DNA of 64,000 nucleotides, taken from assembly GCA_051251855.1 (NCBI GenBank), contig JBPOGI010000006.1:96001-160000 (forward strand), given 5' to 3'. The notes below the pieces were generated by a model. It saw only the letters and a program-made list of their open reading frames with translations. It was not told the DNA's origin and did not search any database. Of the stretch, positions 36,686 to 47,300 are shown in pieces. The position numbers and the translations under genes were made by a program. Every line of letters starts with the position of its first letter. The stretch's first letter is position 1. Source of the stretch: Roseibacillus sp. Its GTDB lineage: Bacteria; Verrucomicrobiota; Verrucomicrobiia; Verrucomicrobiales; Akkermansiaceae.

Positions 36686-38025
36686 TTTGTGAAGAGTTCG
36701 GTGGCGGCGGTGGCTCCCATGCGCATCGCGCTGTGCATGTTGGGGTAGGTGAAGGCTCCTTGACGACCGGTAGTACGAAGGTTGCTGAAGTTCGAGAGGT
36801 AGGTGGTGATTATCTCGAATGATTGTTCGAAGCCATTTACGAAGATGGGGTAGGCGTGGGTGGCGTGGATGAGGTGGTGGCTGACGACTTGGTCGGGGGT
36901 GCAGAGACCTTCGGCTTCGAGGTCGCCGAGGATTTGCGGGAGGGCGTCGCCGGTCCATTTTTCATCGCCGATTTCGCAGGTGGTCTCGACGATGAGGGTG
37001 GTGTGTCCTGCTGGGCGGACGAGGAGGCCGGCATTTTTCGGTTCGCCGACGCGATGGTAGATGCGGTCACGGTAGTAAGTGTAGAGGGCGTCCATGCACT
37101 TTTCCCTTTTTACAAGGAGGGCGTAGACGGTCATGGGTTTGAAGCGAAGTTGGTTGGCGGCGTGGAGAATCTCGGGAGGGGCTGGTGGATCAAGGGCTTT
37201 GATGAGGTGAGGAAGCGGGATTGTGGAGAGGAATTGTGAGTCTTCAGAGGAGGAGTGATTGGTGCCGGTGATTTTTCCCTGATGGTGGGTGATTTTGGTA
37301 ATGGGAGAATTTGGGATGAGATCGGCTCCGCGTTTTTGGAGGGAGGTGGCGAGGCTGCGAGGGAGGGTTTCGGAGCCGGTCTTTGAGTAGTGGAGAGTCT
37401 CAAAGCGGAGGGCGCCTTCAGTGGCGTTGCGGGGTTTGGTGAGCCGGAGTTTTTCGAGGAGGTTTTTGAAGACATCGACGGCGGAAAGGCGGGGCATTTT
37501 TCGGCGGACGAACTCGGCGGAGAGATCGCGGGGGTGGATGCCCCAGTAGCGGTGGGTAAAGTCGCGGAAGAAGAATTCGTAGAGGGGGTCGCCGTAGAGT
37601 TCGATGAGGGCGGATTCGGCGTCGTCGCCGGGGGTGAAGTTGCTGAAGCGGGTTTGGAGCTCGGCGATGAGGAGGCCGGTGAGACAGCGGGCTAGGGTGA
37701 CGGGAGGGATGCCGGCGAGGATGTCGCGTCCGCGGAGAGGGTAGTGGTAGATTTTGCCGCCCCATTTGATGTGGGATTTGAGGGGGACTTCGATTCGCTC
37801 TTCTCCCATCGCTTCTTTGCAGGTGGCAAAGATTTCGGGATCGAAGGCGTGGAGCATGTGGACGCCGAGGTCGAACCAATTGCCTCCGTGTTGGTGGCCG
37901 GCGGCGAGTCCACCGAATTGGGATTCTTTTTCGAAGAGGCTGACTTTAGCGCCTAGTTCGAGAGCGGTGTGGGCGGCGTAGAGTCCGCAAGGGCCTCCGC
38001 CGAGGATGGTGAGGTGCTTTTCCAT
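36682..38025 (-). CDS. FAD-dependent oxidoreductase (protoporphyrinogen oxidase/UDP-galactopyranose mutase-like)
   Basis: ILGGGPCGL, EKESQFGG, GRQGAFTY.NM. Confidence 0.8.
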   Translation of the reverse strand: MEKHLTILGGGPCGLYAAHTALELGAKVSLFEKESQFGGLAAGHQHGGNWFDLGVHMLHAFDPEIFATCKEAMGEERIEVPLKSHIKWGGKIYHYPLRGRDILAGIPPVTLARCLTGLLIAELQTRFSNFTPGDDAESALIELYGDPLYEFFFRDFTHRYWGIHPRDLSAEFVRRKMPRLSAVDVFKNLLEKLRLTKPRNATEGALRFETLHYSKTGSETLPRSLATSLQKRGADLIPNSPITKITHHQGKITGTNHSSSEDSQFLSTIPLPHLIKALDPPAPPEILHAANQLRFKPMTVYALLVKREKCMDALYTYYRDRIYHRVGEPKNAGLLVRPAGHTTLIVETTCEIGDEKWTGDALPQILGDLEAEGLCTPDQVVSHHLIHATHAYPIFVNGFEQSFEIITTYLSNFSNLRTTGRQGAFTYPNMHSAMRMGATAATELFTK

Positions 38026-38027
38026 GC

Positions 38028-38438
38028 TTATCGCCAGGGGTTGAGAATTTTCACGCCGGTGTCGTGGAAGTGTTTGACGTTTCGGGTGACGACGGTGAGG
38101 TCATGGACAAGGGCGGTGGCGGCTATGAGCAGGTCCGGCAGGTCACGGCTGGGGAGGAGGGCGAGCTGAGCGGCGGTTTGGGAGATTTTCGAAGTGACGG
38201 GGATGATCCGTTTTTCGAAGGAGGGCCTGAGGGTGAGGTCGAGCCAATTTTAAATGGCTGCGGCGAAATTGGGGTCTTTGGGGTGGACGCGATGAATGCC
38301 GTGTTGGATTTCGAATTCACTGATGGTTGAGATGAACGAAAGGCGGAGGTCCGAGGTGCTTTCCCACTGGGCGAACTCGGGGGACCAGCGGCTGGAATTG
38401 CGCAGGTGGGAGAGTGTATTGGTGTCCAAAAGGAACAT
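38028..38438 (-). pseudogene. PIN-domain (VapC) toxin with in-frame TAA at codon 63
   Basis: MFLLDTN...AAAI*NWLD...DLLIAATALVHDLTVVTRNVKHF.DTGVKILNPWR continues in the same frame. Confidence 0.85.
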
Positions 38439-38720
38439 TTAGTGTTCGAAGGTGATCGTTTTTGGAGTTGGGAGGTCAACTTTTGGGAAGTCCCAGTCCT
38501 GATTTTGGTCGAGGTCGGTGAGGTCCATGGCGAGGGCGGAGCCGAGGGATGTTCTGGGCTCGGGTGCGCGGGTTTCGAGGCGAAGGGGGAAGGAGCGACC
38601 GTTGCGAGTGATGGTGACACAGCCTTCGGTGAGAAGGGCTTCGAAGAATTCGCCGGTGCGCGTTTTGAGCTCGGTGGCGATGAGGGTCTTCATGCTCATA
38701 TTAAAGACTGAATCGACCAA
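38439..38720 (-). CDS. Phd/YefM-like antitoxin
   Basis: ATELKTRTGEF..., VTITRNGR; directly upstream of the PIN gene. Confidence 0.75.
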   Translation of the reverse strand: MVDSVFNMSMKTLIATELKTRTGEFFEALLTEGCVTITRNGRSFPLRLETRAPEPRTSLGSALAMDLTDLDQNQDWDFPKVDLPTPKTITFEH

Positions 38721-38747
38721 TTAGGTCAAGTCGATTGATTTGGCTGA

Positions 38748-39887
38748 TTAAGAATCGAGGTTGTGAGAGGCGAGGGCTTGATCTTGCATGAGGTCGGCGG
38801 CGAGGGTGACTTGGGCTTCGAGGGTGGCGATGGGGACTTTTTGTGGGTCGAGGGGTTCGACGAGGCCGTAGAGTTCGGCGGAGCCGATGGCGTGGGAGAT
38901 TTTTGTGCCGGCGGGGAGGTCGCGTTTGGCGTAGGCGTAAACGTCGCAGGTTTTTTTCGTTGGTGGAGTGAGGATGGCTTTGCCGGAGGCGGCTTGGAGG
39001 ATGGCTTTTGGGGTTTCGAGGTGGCAGAGGTGGTAGGGGCGGTAGAGGAGTTGGTATTTCCCGCAGGGGCTCGTACGAAGTTTGTAGTAGTTTAGGTAGA
39101 AGGCTTGCTCGGTGGGGATTTCTTTTTTTGGGGTGACGATGAGGTAGACGCCGCCGCCGGGTTCGGCGCCGAGGAGGTAGTCGATGCGTGGGGTGCCGTT
39201 ATAAGAATCGAAGTCGAAGAGGGTGAGGGCTTCTTCAACTCGTGCGGCGCGGGGGCCGGTCATGCCTCCTGCGGGTGGGAGGTAGCCGAGGGCGTTGGCA
39301 AGGACGGCCATCTCGATGTGGAGCTTGGTGCCATCGGTGTAGGCGCAGCATTGGGTGGCGGAGAGATTGCGCTTTTCGGCCTCGTGTTTGATGGAGTCGG
39401 GGGTGGCGCTGCGGTCGAGGAAGCCTTTGATGTTGCCGGCTTGGACGATGTCGAAGCCCATGAGGTCGGCTTCTTCAATCATGGTGGCGAGAACGCCGTG
39501 TTGGTCTCCGGCATCGGAGGTGAGGGTGAGCTTGTTTTTTGTGGCGAGAGCGGCGAGGCGGGGGCCGTGAGCGAGGTCGACCTCGGCATTCATGAGGACG
39601 ACGTGGGCTTGGTTTTCGAGGGCGGCTTGGCAGTAGTCGGCGGCGGCTTCGATGGAGTTGGTGGCTTCGACGAGAACGTCGATGGGGTGATTTTTCAGGA
39701 GGTCATGGAAGTCGCTTCCGTGTGCTGCGTCGGGGGCCAGGGTGGCGACGTCTGCAGCGGTCGCTTGATCGAGGTCGGCGACCCAGGTGAGGTCCATGCC
39801 GGGAGTGGCGTTGACTTGGAAGGCGATGCCGCGGCCCATGCAGCCGGCACCGACGAGGCCGACTCTGATATTATTCTGAGAGGTCAT
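38748..39887 (-). CDS. NAD(P)-dependent oxidoreductase with C-terminal SAF domain
   Basis: VGLVGAGCMGRG, GDQHG, DGTKL..EM, YRPYHLCHLE, AKRDLPAG. Confidence 0.85.
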   Translation of the reverse strand: MTSQNNIRVGLVGAGCMGRGIAFQVNATPGMDLTWVADLDQATAADVATLAPDAAHGSDFHDLLKNHPIDVLVEATNSIEAAADYCQAALENQAHVVLMNAEVDLAHGPRLAALATKNKLTLTSDAGDQHGVLATMIEEADLMGFDIVQAGNIKGFLDRSATPDSIKHEAEKRNLSATQCCAYTDGTKLHIEMAVLANALGYLPPAGGMTGPRAARVEEALTLFDFDSYNGTPRIDYLLGAEPGGGVYLIVTPKKEIPTEQAFYLNYYKLRTSPCGKYQLLYRPYHLCHLETPKAILQAASGKAILTPPTKKTCDVYAYAKRDLPAGTKISHAIGSAELYGLVEPLDPQKVPIATLEAQVTLAADLMQDQALASHNLDS

Positions 39888-40020
39888 GAAGGTGGGTTTT
39901 GATTGAGCTAGAGTTGGAGGATGAGGATGGCTGCGATTTGTTTTAACGGGAGAAAGGTGGTGGTGTCGAGGAGGGGTTGAGGAGGGGTTGAGGAGGGGTT
40001 GAGGATAGTATGCTGGCGAG

Positions 40021-41127
40021 TTAGCCAATCCCTACTCGTAGATCCCTCAAACTCCAGAGTTGATCCTTTGCCGCTGAAGCCGCACCTCGCATCTGCCGAG
40101 CTCCATCTTTACGTTTTTCCGGAAATCTCTCTCGGGCCGCCGCAAACGTATCGTCGACAAACGTCTTACTGCCAATCACTGCTCCATCCGTGAAATATCG
40201 CACCCGGCATCTCAGCATCCCGGCCATCCCAAGATCTGGCAACACGGTCTCATTGTCTTTGGATTCCAGCATTTCGGCCTCATTTTTTGAAACTCCCGTC
40301 TTGCCTGTTGTTTGAGCGTTGAGTTTTGAAGTTTTTCTCCCCAGCGCCAAGCCCATCGCCCTGCGGTAAATCCGTGAAACCCTCTTCCATTGTGTGGCAA
40401 GGTCTTCTGTGTCTTGCTCGGAGTATTGGTAACTTCCCGAATCGCACACCCTCACCAAGCCCGCTCTTGCTCGCTTCCCGTTGCTCTTTTTTCCACCACC
40501 CACAGCCTCACCGTAGCTGCTCCAACGATACTCCGCCGGATCTTTCACCATTCCTGCTCGCACTGGATTGAGATCAATATACGCCGCCATCGTCCGAGCT
40601 GCTGTCCCGCTCTCCACGATTACGCTCTTGAAACGATCTTCCCACAGCCCGCCCTTGCGCTTGTGAAGCCCATTGAACCACTGGGTGAAACGCTGCATCA
40701 AACCTTTCATGAACTCCCCTAAGTCATGCATCCGGTAGTCGAAGCGCTCCTTGATCTCAGTCACACGCTCAGGATTTCCTCCTTCAATACCGCCTTCATG
40801 GCGAGCCGCATCCAATTGCGCCGCTACATCCGCCACGAAAGATTCCCCGTAAAGCGCAGAAAGCCTCACCAAGAACTCGCCGTTTGAGATGCCATCCTTC
40901 GGCTTCGGCGGTACCTCCAACAAGATGTGAATGTGGTTACACATCAGGCAGTAGGATAGGACTCGACAGCCTGTAAACTTCTCCATCATCCGCATCAACA
41001 TGCGGAAATGCTCCTTTTCCTCTGCCCCGAAGGCGAACCGCCTCTCCACCACCCTGCTAACACAGTGATAAATGGCCGGTTTTGTCTCCGAATCCTTCCA
41101 GGGGGCAATCCAACGTGCGCGTCTCAT
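40021..41127 (-). mobile_element. REP-associated tyrosine transposase (RAYT / Y1 HUH)
   Basis: YHCVSRVV, LSYCLMCNHIHILL, LWEDRFKS, YIDLNPVRAG, YRWSSY. Confidence 0.88.
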
Positions 41128-41225
41128 GCCCCCTTCTAGCCTCTTCAGCCAAATTCGCAAGGCGATTCTCTACAAAGGGTCTGTCCCTAAAATTTTTGCG
41201 GGAAATTGGATGAAACGACGGCGAA

Positions 41226-41260
41226 TAAAAAAGCTGCTCCCCTGATCGGGAAGCAGCTTG
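41226..41260 (-). terminator. intrinsic terminator
   Basis: AAGCTGCTyCCC inverted repeat followed by a T-run on the minus strand. Confidence 0.7.
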
Positions 41261-41287
41261 TTAGAATTGTTTTACTAAGCTAAGAGC

Positions 41288-42019
41288 TTAGGCCCGCTTG
41301 CGGCGAAGGAGGCTTAGTGAGCCGAGCCCTAGCAGAAGAGCGGATGATGGCTCGGGGACGACACATGTCAGAGACAAATTGTCAACGGACACTAGCGAAG
41401 ATCCTCCATCTACGCTTTCAATCGCATAATATACTTCTACAGAATCGAATGCGCCACTTGCCTGCGCGATATTAAAATCGAAAGTAGCAGTTTCCTTATT
41501 ATCTACAGAGGAAGAACCGGACGAGACCTCAACACCACCCAAAAAGGTTGTGTAACCAATAGTGCCAGTTGAGCCTGTATCAAATCTTGACGGCGCCGCC
41601 ATCACACCAGTAAATGAGAGATCGCAAGTGATATCAGTAACTAACTGCGACATCGACGCTTCATAGCCCGGCACAATCCCCGACTTAAGTTTGATGCCCC
41701 CAGCGTACAGACCGCCAGCGTCACCTACTGTGTCAAACATTGCGTTCTCATCAGCGTTGACCCATGAGGTAGCATCATCAGGGTCTTTAGCGTGCCATAT
41801 CCATGCGTCATCACTGCCACCAATATCGTTGAGGGTCCAACCTGGAACAGGAGATAAAGCACGGTTTGAATAATCAGCGTAATCAGCAACCCAACCCAGC
41901 GCGGGGCCTGTTTCGAAATCGCCGTTAATCAGCAAATTCTGGGCTTGAGCACTACCCGAGCATAGCAAGGTTGCTACTGCGGGGAGTGCTAACCTCTTTA
42001 TTGTTATTTTTGTTTTCAT
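41288..42019 (-). CDS. PEP-CTERM sorting domain protein
   Basis: Signal peptide, NLLINGDFE, VPEPSSALLLGLGSLSLLRRKRA. Confidence 0.9.
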   Translation of the reverse strand: MKTKITIKRLALPAVATLLCSGSAQAQNLLINGDFETGPALGWVADYADYSNRALSPVPGWTLNDIGGSDDAWIWHAKDPDDATSWVNADENAMFDTVGDAGGLYAGGIKLKSGIVPGYEASMSQLVTDITCDLSFTGVMAAPSRFDTGSTGTIGYTTFLGGVEVSSGSSSVDNKETATFDFNIAQASGAFDSVEVYYAIESVDGGSSLVSVDNLSLTCVVPEPSSALLLGLGSLSLLRRKRA

Positions 42020-42099
42020 ATAGTTTAGCTTTATGTCAGGTGATTTACCCACAGGACTTTCCATTGGGTAAGAAGTGATGTCATCCCATAGCAGGTCTC

Positions 42100-42480
42100 G
42101 TTGTCTATTTTCTGGAGTCGTCTGGCCATCGCCACTCTCCCAGATAAGGGGGAATCTAGTAAGGTGATGCCAGCTCCCTGAGCCCAGGATAGCCAATGCG
42201 TGAGATAGCGTTCGATCCGTGCGAGATTTCGCAGCTGACCTTGTTCATAAAACTGAACGCAGGATGAAAAGTGTTCGGTGAGTTTACCTTTGAGTCTTTC
42301 TAGTGAGACTCTTGAAGGGTGAACTGTGATTTGTGACTTGTGAATGACTCCCTGTGGGTTGCTTGCAGGCAGGTGATCCACACCTAGGAAGTCAAAGCCC
42401 TTGGAGACCTTCCCGATGAAGGTCTTCTGTGGATGGGTGACGAGGTCTAGCTGAGGCTTGTGAAAGCGTTCGAATCCAGA
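42100..42480 (-). pseudogene. reverse transcriptase C-terminal remnant
   Basis: HPQKTFIGKVSKGFDFLG, YEQG, RYLTHWLSWA; no YADD core present. Confidence 0.6.
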
Positions 42481-43187
42481 ACGAGGGCAGGTGTCAGCTG
42501 CGAATAAGGCGTACTTTTTTTGTGATCTTCCATCATGCTGGTTACAAATCACATCAGGTGAATGAAGCCCGGCCACACGTCGCACGACACCATCACTCAA
42601 TGGAGAGCGAGGGTGGTGTTGAAGGGCTTGATCTGCTGACGAAATCATCGGGAATTATTGGGCATTAAGATTTTTTAAAGATTAAGTCAACCAGAATATC
42701 CGATTTCCTGTGGGAAACAGTTAGGAAAAGCCGTCGGACGACACCTATAATTGAGTTCGACGACAATTAGAAAATGAATTGTTCCACGGCAAAATCGGGA
42801 GGTCATCATTCTTTCCCAACACAGCCGATAAGGACCCTCCCTGCGGTTGTGTTGGGAAAGAATGACGACCGGCGAATGTGTTCCACAGTTGTCGTTGGGG
42901 TTTAGTTTTAATTGTCGTTCTACAAAAGCAGGTGTTTATTCCCATGCTCATTATTTTTTCTAAAACTGCCGTGAGCTTGATCAGAAATCTGAGATCTGGG
43001 GGGTTTTGGCTCGATGTCTTTCAAGGACACGACAAGCGAAGCGCTAGGTTGACAGCTGGAAGAGATTCTTGATCTTCCAGAGTAGTAAAGCGCCCGAAGG
43101 GTGGGCAAAGTGTATCAAAGGAATACCGCCATTCAAATAGGGGGTTCGCACCAGGGGTCCTACTCAAGGGGGGCGGAGAGAAGTTAC

Positions 43188-43488
43188 CCACAGATTTCGG
43201 AGATTTTCACAGATTAAGACTTATACCACTCCGCAAACCAGAAGAGAGGAAAGGCGGGCGGTTTTGGCGAATCTCTTCGTTGTCATCATGTCCAGATATC
43301 CATATCAGGAAATGATTCCGTCTCGATCTTCACCAAAATCACCTCGCCTCATTCCTCTCTTCTGTTTCGCTACTTGGTATTATGAATGCGGTGGGAAAAG
43401 CGAGAGGCGGGATGAGAGAGTGGCCTCCATTGTCATCATCAGGAAAGCTCGTATCCCTCTGCTCTGTGAAAATCTGCGAAATCGGTGG
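43188..43488. repeat. MITE/REP-like unit with 26-bp terminal inverted repeats
   Basis: CCACAGATTTCGGAGATTTTCACAGA vs TCTGTGAAAATCTGCGAAATCGGTGG. Confidence 0.6.
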
Positions 43489-43508
43489 ATAAGCAAGCCT
43501 TGGGCTCC

Positions 43509-45110
43509 TTACTTGATGGCCTCACGGCATTGCTGAGCGGCTAAGGGGTATGCTTTGTTGTTTGGAGCGAGCTGGCTGGCTTTTTCGAGGTGGGGGAGGG
43601 CGGCCCGGAAATTGTTTGTTTCTAGGTAGATTTTGGACAGCCCCACATGGGCGTTGAGATGGTTTGGGGCGTGGACGAGTTGCTTGAGAAAGTGTTTCTG
43701 AGCGAGGGCTGAGTTGCCAGCTTGTAGCTCGATCATGCCGAGCTTTGCCCAGAGGTAACGGTTGCCTTCGCGGAGTTCGAGGGAGCGTTCGATGTGATGG
43801 CGGGCTTTTTGGGTTTGGTCTTGGGCGAGGTAGTAAAGGGCGAGGTGGTTGTGGGGGGCGTAGCTATTGGGGTGGGCTTTGATCGCGGCGGCGGTGAGGG
43901 TTTCCATGTTTTTCCAGGCTGGTGCGCGAAGAATGGTGAGGCAGGTCAGGGGGATGAGGATGATGACGGTGAGGAGGGATGAAATGGGGGCGGCTTGCTG
44001 AGGGGGGAGATTGAGACGTCGGACGCCTTTGGAGGCGAGGATGGTGAGGAGGAGGAAGGGGCCGGTGTAGGCGAGGTAGGAGTAGCGGTCGGGGGCGTTG
44101 GCTTCTCCGGCGACAATGAAACCGCAGACCGGGGCGAGGGTGACGAAGAAGCTGCCCCAAGCCCAAAGGAGGAGGGGGAAGGAGTGGCGGAGCCTCCATG
44201 AAAAATAGGTGAGGAGGAGGGAGAGGGTGAGTCCGAGGGTGCCTCCGGCGAAGGGGTAAGTCTGCAAGGGCTGGTAGAAATAGGAGAGAGGGTGTGGGAA
44301 GAAGATTTTGGAGAGGTAGATCCAGATGTTGTTGAATCCTACGATGAGGTTTTCGTGAGGGCTACGGGTGGCGATGACTTTGATGATGCCTTCTCCTCGG
44401 TTGAGCTGAAAGGAGTAGGTGATTCCGGCGATGATGAGGCAGATGAGGAGGTGAGGGATGAGTTTTTTGAGGGTGGGGAGGTGAGCTTTGAGGTTTTTGT
44501 GGGGAGCTTGCCATTGGGCGGTGAGGAGGAGGACGGCTGGCCAGACGATGAGGCTGGGCTTGCTCATGAGTCCGCAGGTGAGGAAGAGGAGGGAGAGGGT
44601 GTAGTTGAGTTTGGATGGCTGATGGCCGATGAAGCGTGCCCAGAAGCCGAGGCTGAGGAAGGCGAAGAGGGCGGAGAGGGTGTCTTTTCGTTCGGAAAGC
44701 CATGCCCACGATTCGACATGCATGGGGTGGAGGAGGAAGAGAAGGGTGGTGACGAAAGCAATGGGTTTGGAGACTAAGGCTTGTCCGGTGGGCTTTTGGG
44801 CGCTGTTTTCTTGGCCAGCTCCGGTAAATGGGGAGGGGGATTTGATTTGGCAGAGGGCGAAGAAGAGGGCAAGGCCCGCGAGGAGATGATAGAAAAGGGC
44901 GGAAAGGTGGTGTAGGTCGGGGTTGAGGCCGAAGAGGGTGACGTCGAGTTGGTGTGACCAGAGGGTGAGTGGGTGCCAGAGATTGAGAACTTCTGTTTTG
45001 AGGGCGAGGATGATGTTTTCGAGAGAGAGCCCGCTGTTGACGACGGGGTTTTCTGAGATGATGGCAGTGTCATCCCATGAGAGGAATTCGGTGTGATCGG
45101 AGGAATTCAT
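43509..45110 (-). CDS. polytopic membrane protein with C-terminal TPRs (TMTC/GT-C-like)
   Basis: WDD...NPVV..GLS, WHPLT..SH, HPMHVES.AW.SERKD, DRYSY; TPRs. Confidence 0.85.
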   Translation of the reverse strand: MNSSDHTEFLSWDDTAIISENPVVNSGLSLENIILALKTEVLNLWHPLTLWSHQLDVTLFGLNPDLHHLSALFYHLLAGLALFFALCQIKSPSPFTGAGQENSAQKPTGQALVSKPIAFVTTLLFLLHPMHVESWAWLSERKDTLSALFAFLSLGFWARFIGHQPSKLNYTLSLLFLTCGLMSKPSLIVWPAVLLLTAQWQAPHKNLKAHLPTLKKLIPHLLICLIIAGITYSFQLNRGEGIIKVIATRSPHENLIVGFNNIWIYLSKIFFPHPLSYFYQPLQTYPFAGGTLGLTLSLLLTYFSWRLRHSFPLLLWAWGSFFVTLAPVCGFIVAGEANAPDRYSYLAYTGPFLLLTILASKGVRRLNLPPQQAAPISSLLTVIILIPLTCLTILRAPAWKNMETLTAAAIKAHPNSYAPHNHLALYYLAQDQTQKARHHIERSLELREGNRYLWAKLGMIELQAGNSALAQKHFLKQLVHAPNHLNAHVGLSKIYLETNNFRAALPHLEKASQLAPNNKAYPLAAQQCREAIK

Positions 45111-45127
45111 AATGATGAGGCTGAGGT

Positions 45128-46969
45128 TTATTGAGAGTGTTGGTCGAGCCAGAGTTGGAGGATGAGGATGGAGGCGAGTTGTTTCAGTGGAAGGAAGGTG
45201 GTGGCGTCGAGGAGGGGGCGGACTTTTTCTGGGTTTAGGAGGCCGTGGCAGGTGAAGTTTTGGGGGGCGAGGAGGTCGTGTGCTATTTTGAGGAAGGGCT
45301 TGCGCCAGGCGGGGGATTCGAGGGGGAGGTAGAAGGGTTGCTTGGGGCGGTGGGTGATGTGTTTTGGGAGGTGGCGGGAGGCGAGGGTGCGCCAGATGAG
45401 TTTGTCCTGACGACGGGAGATTTTTTGAGAGTCGGGGAGGGTGAAGGCGAAGTCGATGAGGCGGTGGTCGAGGAAGGGGGCGCGGTATTCGAGCGAATGG
45501 GCCATGGTGTTTCGGTCTTGGCGGATGAGGGACCAGTCGGGTAGCCAAGACGAGTATTGAGTGGCGAGGATTCCGCTGAGATTGGAGATGTCGAATTCGG
45601 GTTCGGTGGGAGCTTCTTGGGAGCAGAGGAGATCTGGGTTGAGGAGGGCTTGGGCTTCTGAGGGGGAGAAGAGGGAGTGGAGGCCGCTGAGTTGTTGGTG
45701 AGGGGTGAGGGTGGAGAAGTCGCGGAGGTAGGTGGTGATTTTTGCACGGCCTGCGGGGCCTAGGTTGGCTGGGAAGTTGGCGAGGTGGTCGAGGAGGAAG
45801 GAGGGGGCGGTGGAGAGGGCGGTGGCGGCGAGGCTGCGACCGAGGGGGCCGAGTTTACGGGCGGTGAGTTGGGATTTTTGGAAGGAGTATCCGCCGAAGT
45901 GTTCGTCCGGGCCTTCGCCGCCGAGGGCGACTTTTGCGCCGAGTGAGGTGGTGTGGGAGGCGAGGGCATCGAAGGCGAGGATGAGGGCATCGCCGATGGG
46001 GAGGTCCATTTGGGAGACGACGCGGGGGAGGTCGGCGAGGGAGTCGGGGGTGAGTTGGAGGGGGTGGTGATCTAGGCCGAGATAGGTGGCCGTGGCTTGG
46101 GCTTGAGGTGTCTCGTCGGATTCGGCGCCGAAGCCGAGGGAGACGGTTTTTGGAGAGGATCCGAGGTCGCGGAGGTAGTGGCCGAGGAGGGCGGAGTCGA
46201 CGCCGCCGGAGAGGTAGGCGGCGACGGGGACATCGGATTGGAGGGCAAGTTCGACGGAGGAGCGGGTGAGTGAGTCGAGGGTATCGATGGGGTCGTTTTC
46301 TCGGTCGAATGGGGAGGTGGACGGTTTCCAATATTGGGTCGTTTCTCGGGTGCCGTTTTTTTGGATGAGGGTCCAGTGGGCGGCGGGGAGGGTTTGGATG
46401 TTTTTGTAGAGAGTTTGAGGCTCGGGGAGGTAGCGGAGGGTGAGCCAGGTTTGGAGGTGCGAGGGATCGGGGGTGAGGGGGACACCGGCGGCGCGGAGGG
46501 CCTTGATTTCGGAGGCGAAGCGGAGGGGGCCGGATTCTGGTGAGGTGAGGTAGAGGGGTTTTTGGCCGCAGCGGTCGCGGGCGAGGAAGAGGGTGTCGTT
46601 TTCGTCATCGTGGATGGCGAGGGCGAACATGCCGTTGAGTTTTGCGGGGAGGTCGGTGCCCCATTCGAGGTAGGCGGCGGGGAGGATCTCGGCGTCGCAG
46701 CGGGTGTGGAAGCGGTGGCCTTTTTTTTCTAGTTCGGTGCGGAGTTCCTGCCAGTTGTAGATTTCCCCGTTGCAGATGGCGTGGATGTGGGGGGAGGAAA
46801 AGGGTTGCTTGCCGTGCTCGAGATCGAGGATGGCGAGGCGGGTCATGCCCATCGAGAAGGTGGATCCGGGGTGGGCGCCTGATCCATCGGGGCCGCGGTG
46901 TTGGAGGGTACGGAGCATGGCGCCGAGGTGATCGGGTGAGAGATGGAGGCCGCCGGCGATTCCGCACAT
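45128..46969 (-). CDS. asnB: asparagine synthase (glutamine-hydrolysing) family amidotransferase
   Basis: MCGIAG, HRGPD, NGEIYN, RDRCGQKPLY, LSGGVDS, EYRAPFLD. Confidence 0.92.
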   Translation of the reverse strand: MCGIAGGLHLSPDHLGAMLRTLQHRGPDGSGAHPGSTFSMGMTRLAILDLEHGKQPFSSPHIHAICNGEIYNWQELRTELEKKGHRFHTRCDAEILPAAYLEWGTDLPAKLNGMFALAIHDDENDTLFLARDRCGQKPLYLTSPESGPLRFASEIKALRAAGVPLTPDPSHLQTWLTLRYLPEPQTLYKNIQTLPAAHWTLIQKNGTRETTQYWKPSTSPFDRENDPIDTLDSLTRSSVELALQSDVPVAAYLSGGVDSALLGHYLRDLGSSPKTVSLGFGAESDETPQAQATATYLGLDHHPLQLTPDSLADLPRVVSQMDLPIGDALILAFDALASHTTSLGAKVALGGEGPDEHFGGYSFQKSQLTARKLGPLGRSLAATALSTAPSFLLDHLANFPANLGPAGRAKITTYLRDFSTLTPHQQLSGLHSLFSPSEAQALLNPDLLCSQEAPTEPEFDISNLSGILATQYSSWLPDWSLIRQDRNTMAHSLEYRAPFLDHRLIDFAFTLPDSQKISRRQDKLIWRTLASRHLPKHITHRPKQPFYLPLESPAWRKPFLKIAHDLLAPQNFTCHGLLNPEKVRPLLDATTFLPLKQLASILILQLWLDQHSQ

Positions 46970-47221
46970 GAGTGAAAGCTAAAGGAAAGATGAATCTGGA
47001 GCTCTTCTGAATGCCTCGGAGCTTGCCCCGGGCTCTTCTGAATGCCCCAGGGTTTCTTTACTTCTGCTAGGGAGTTCCTGCTTCATATCGCCATTTCACA
47101 CCAACTCAAAACCAGGTCAAGACTTTGAAAGATGCCTGACATGTTTTACTATATATAGTGATGGTGTTTGTAGGGGGGCGAGGGCTCGCAACTTACCCGC
47201 CCCAAATTATCGTTATTCGCT

Positions 47222-47300
47222 CAGGCTCTCTTACGGCGTAGGAGGGCTAGTGAGCCGAGACCTAGGAGAAGGGCTGATGATGGCTCTGGGATAGGTGCTC
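47222..47300 (-). pseudogene. PEP-CTERM gene remnant
   Basis: APIPEPSSALLLGLGSLALLRRKRA* preceded by an in-frame stop; tail nearly identical to that of the gene ending at 41288. Confidence 0.7.

Noticed and set aside
42031..42648. Functional retron, DGR or group II intron
   Set aside because: RT catalytic core absent; no template/variable repeat or intron domain V seen
36800..46970. Long Pro/Arg/Gly-rich alternative-frame ORFs
   Set aside because: Shadows of C-rich coding strands of real genes
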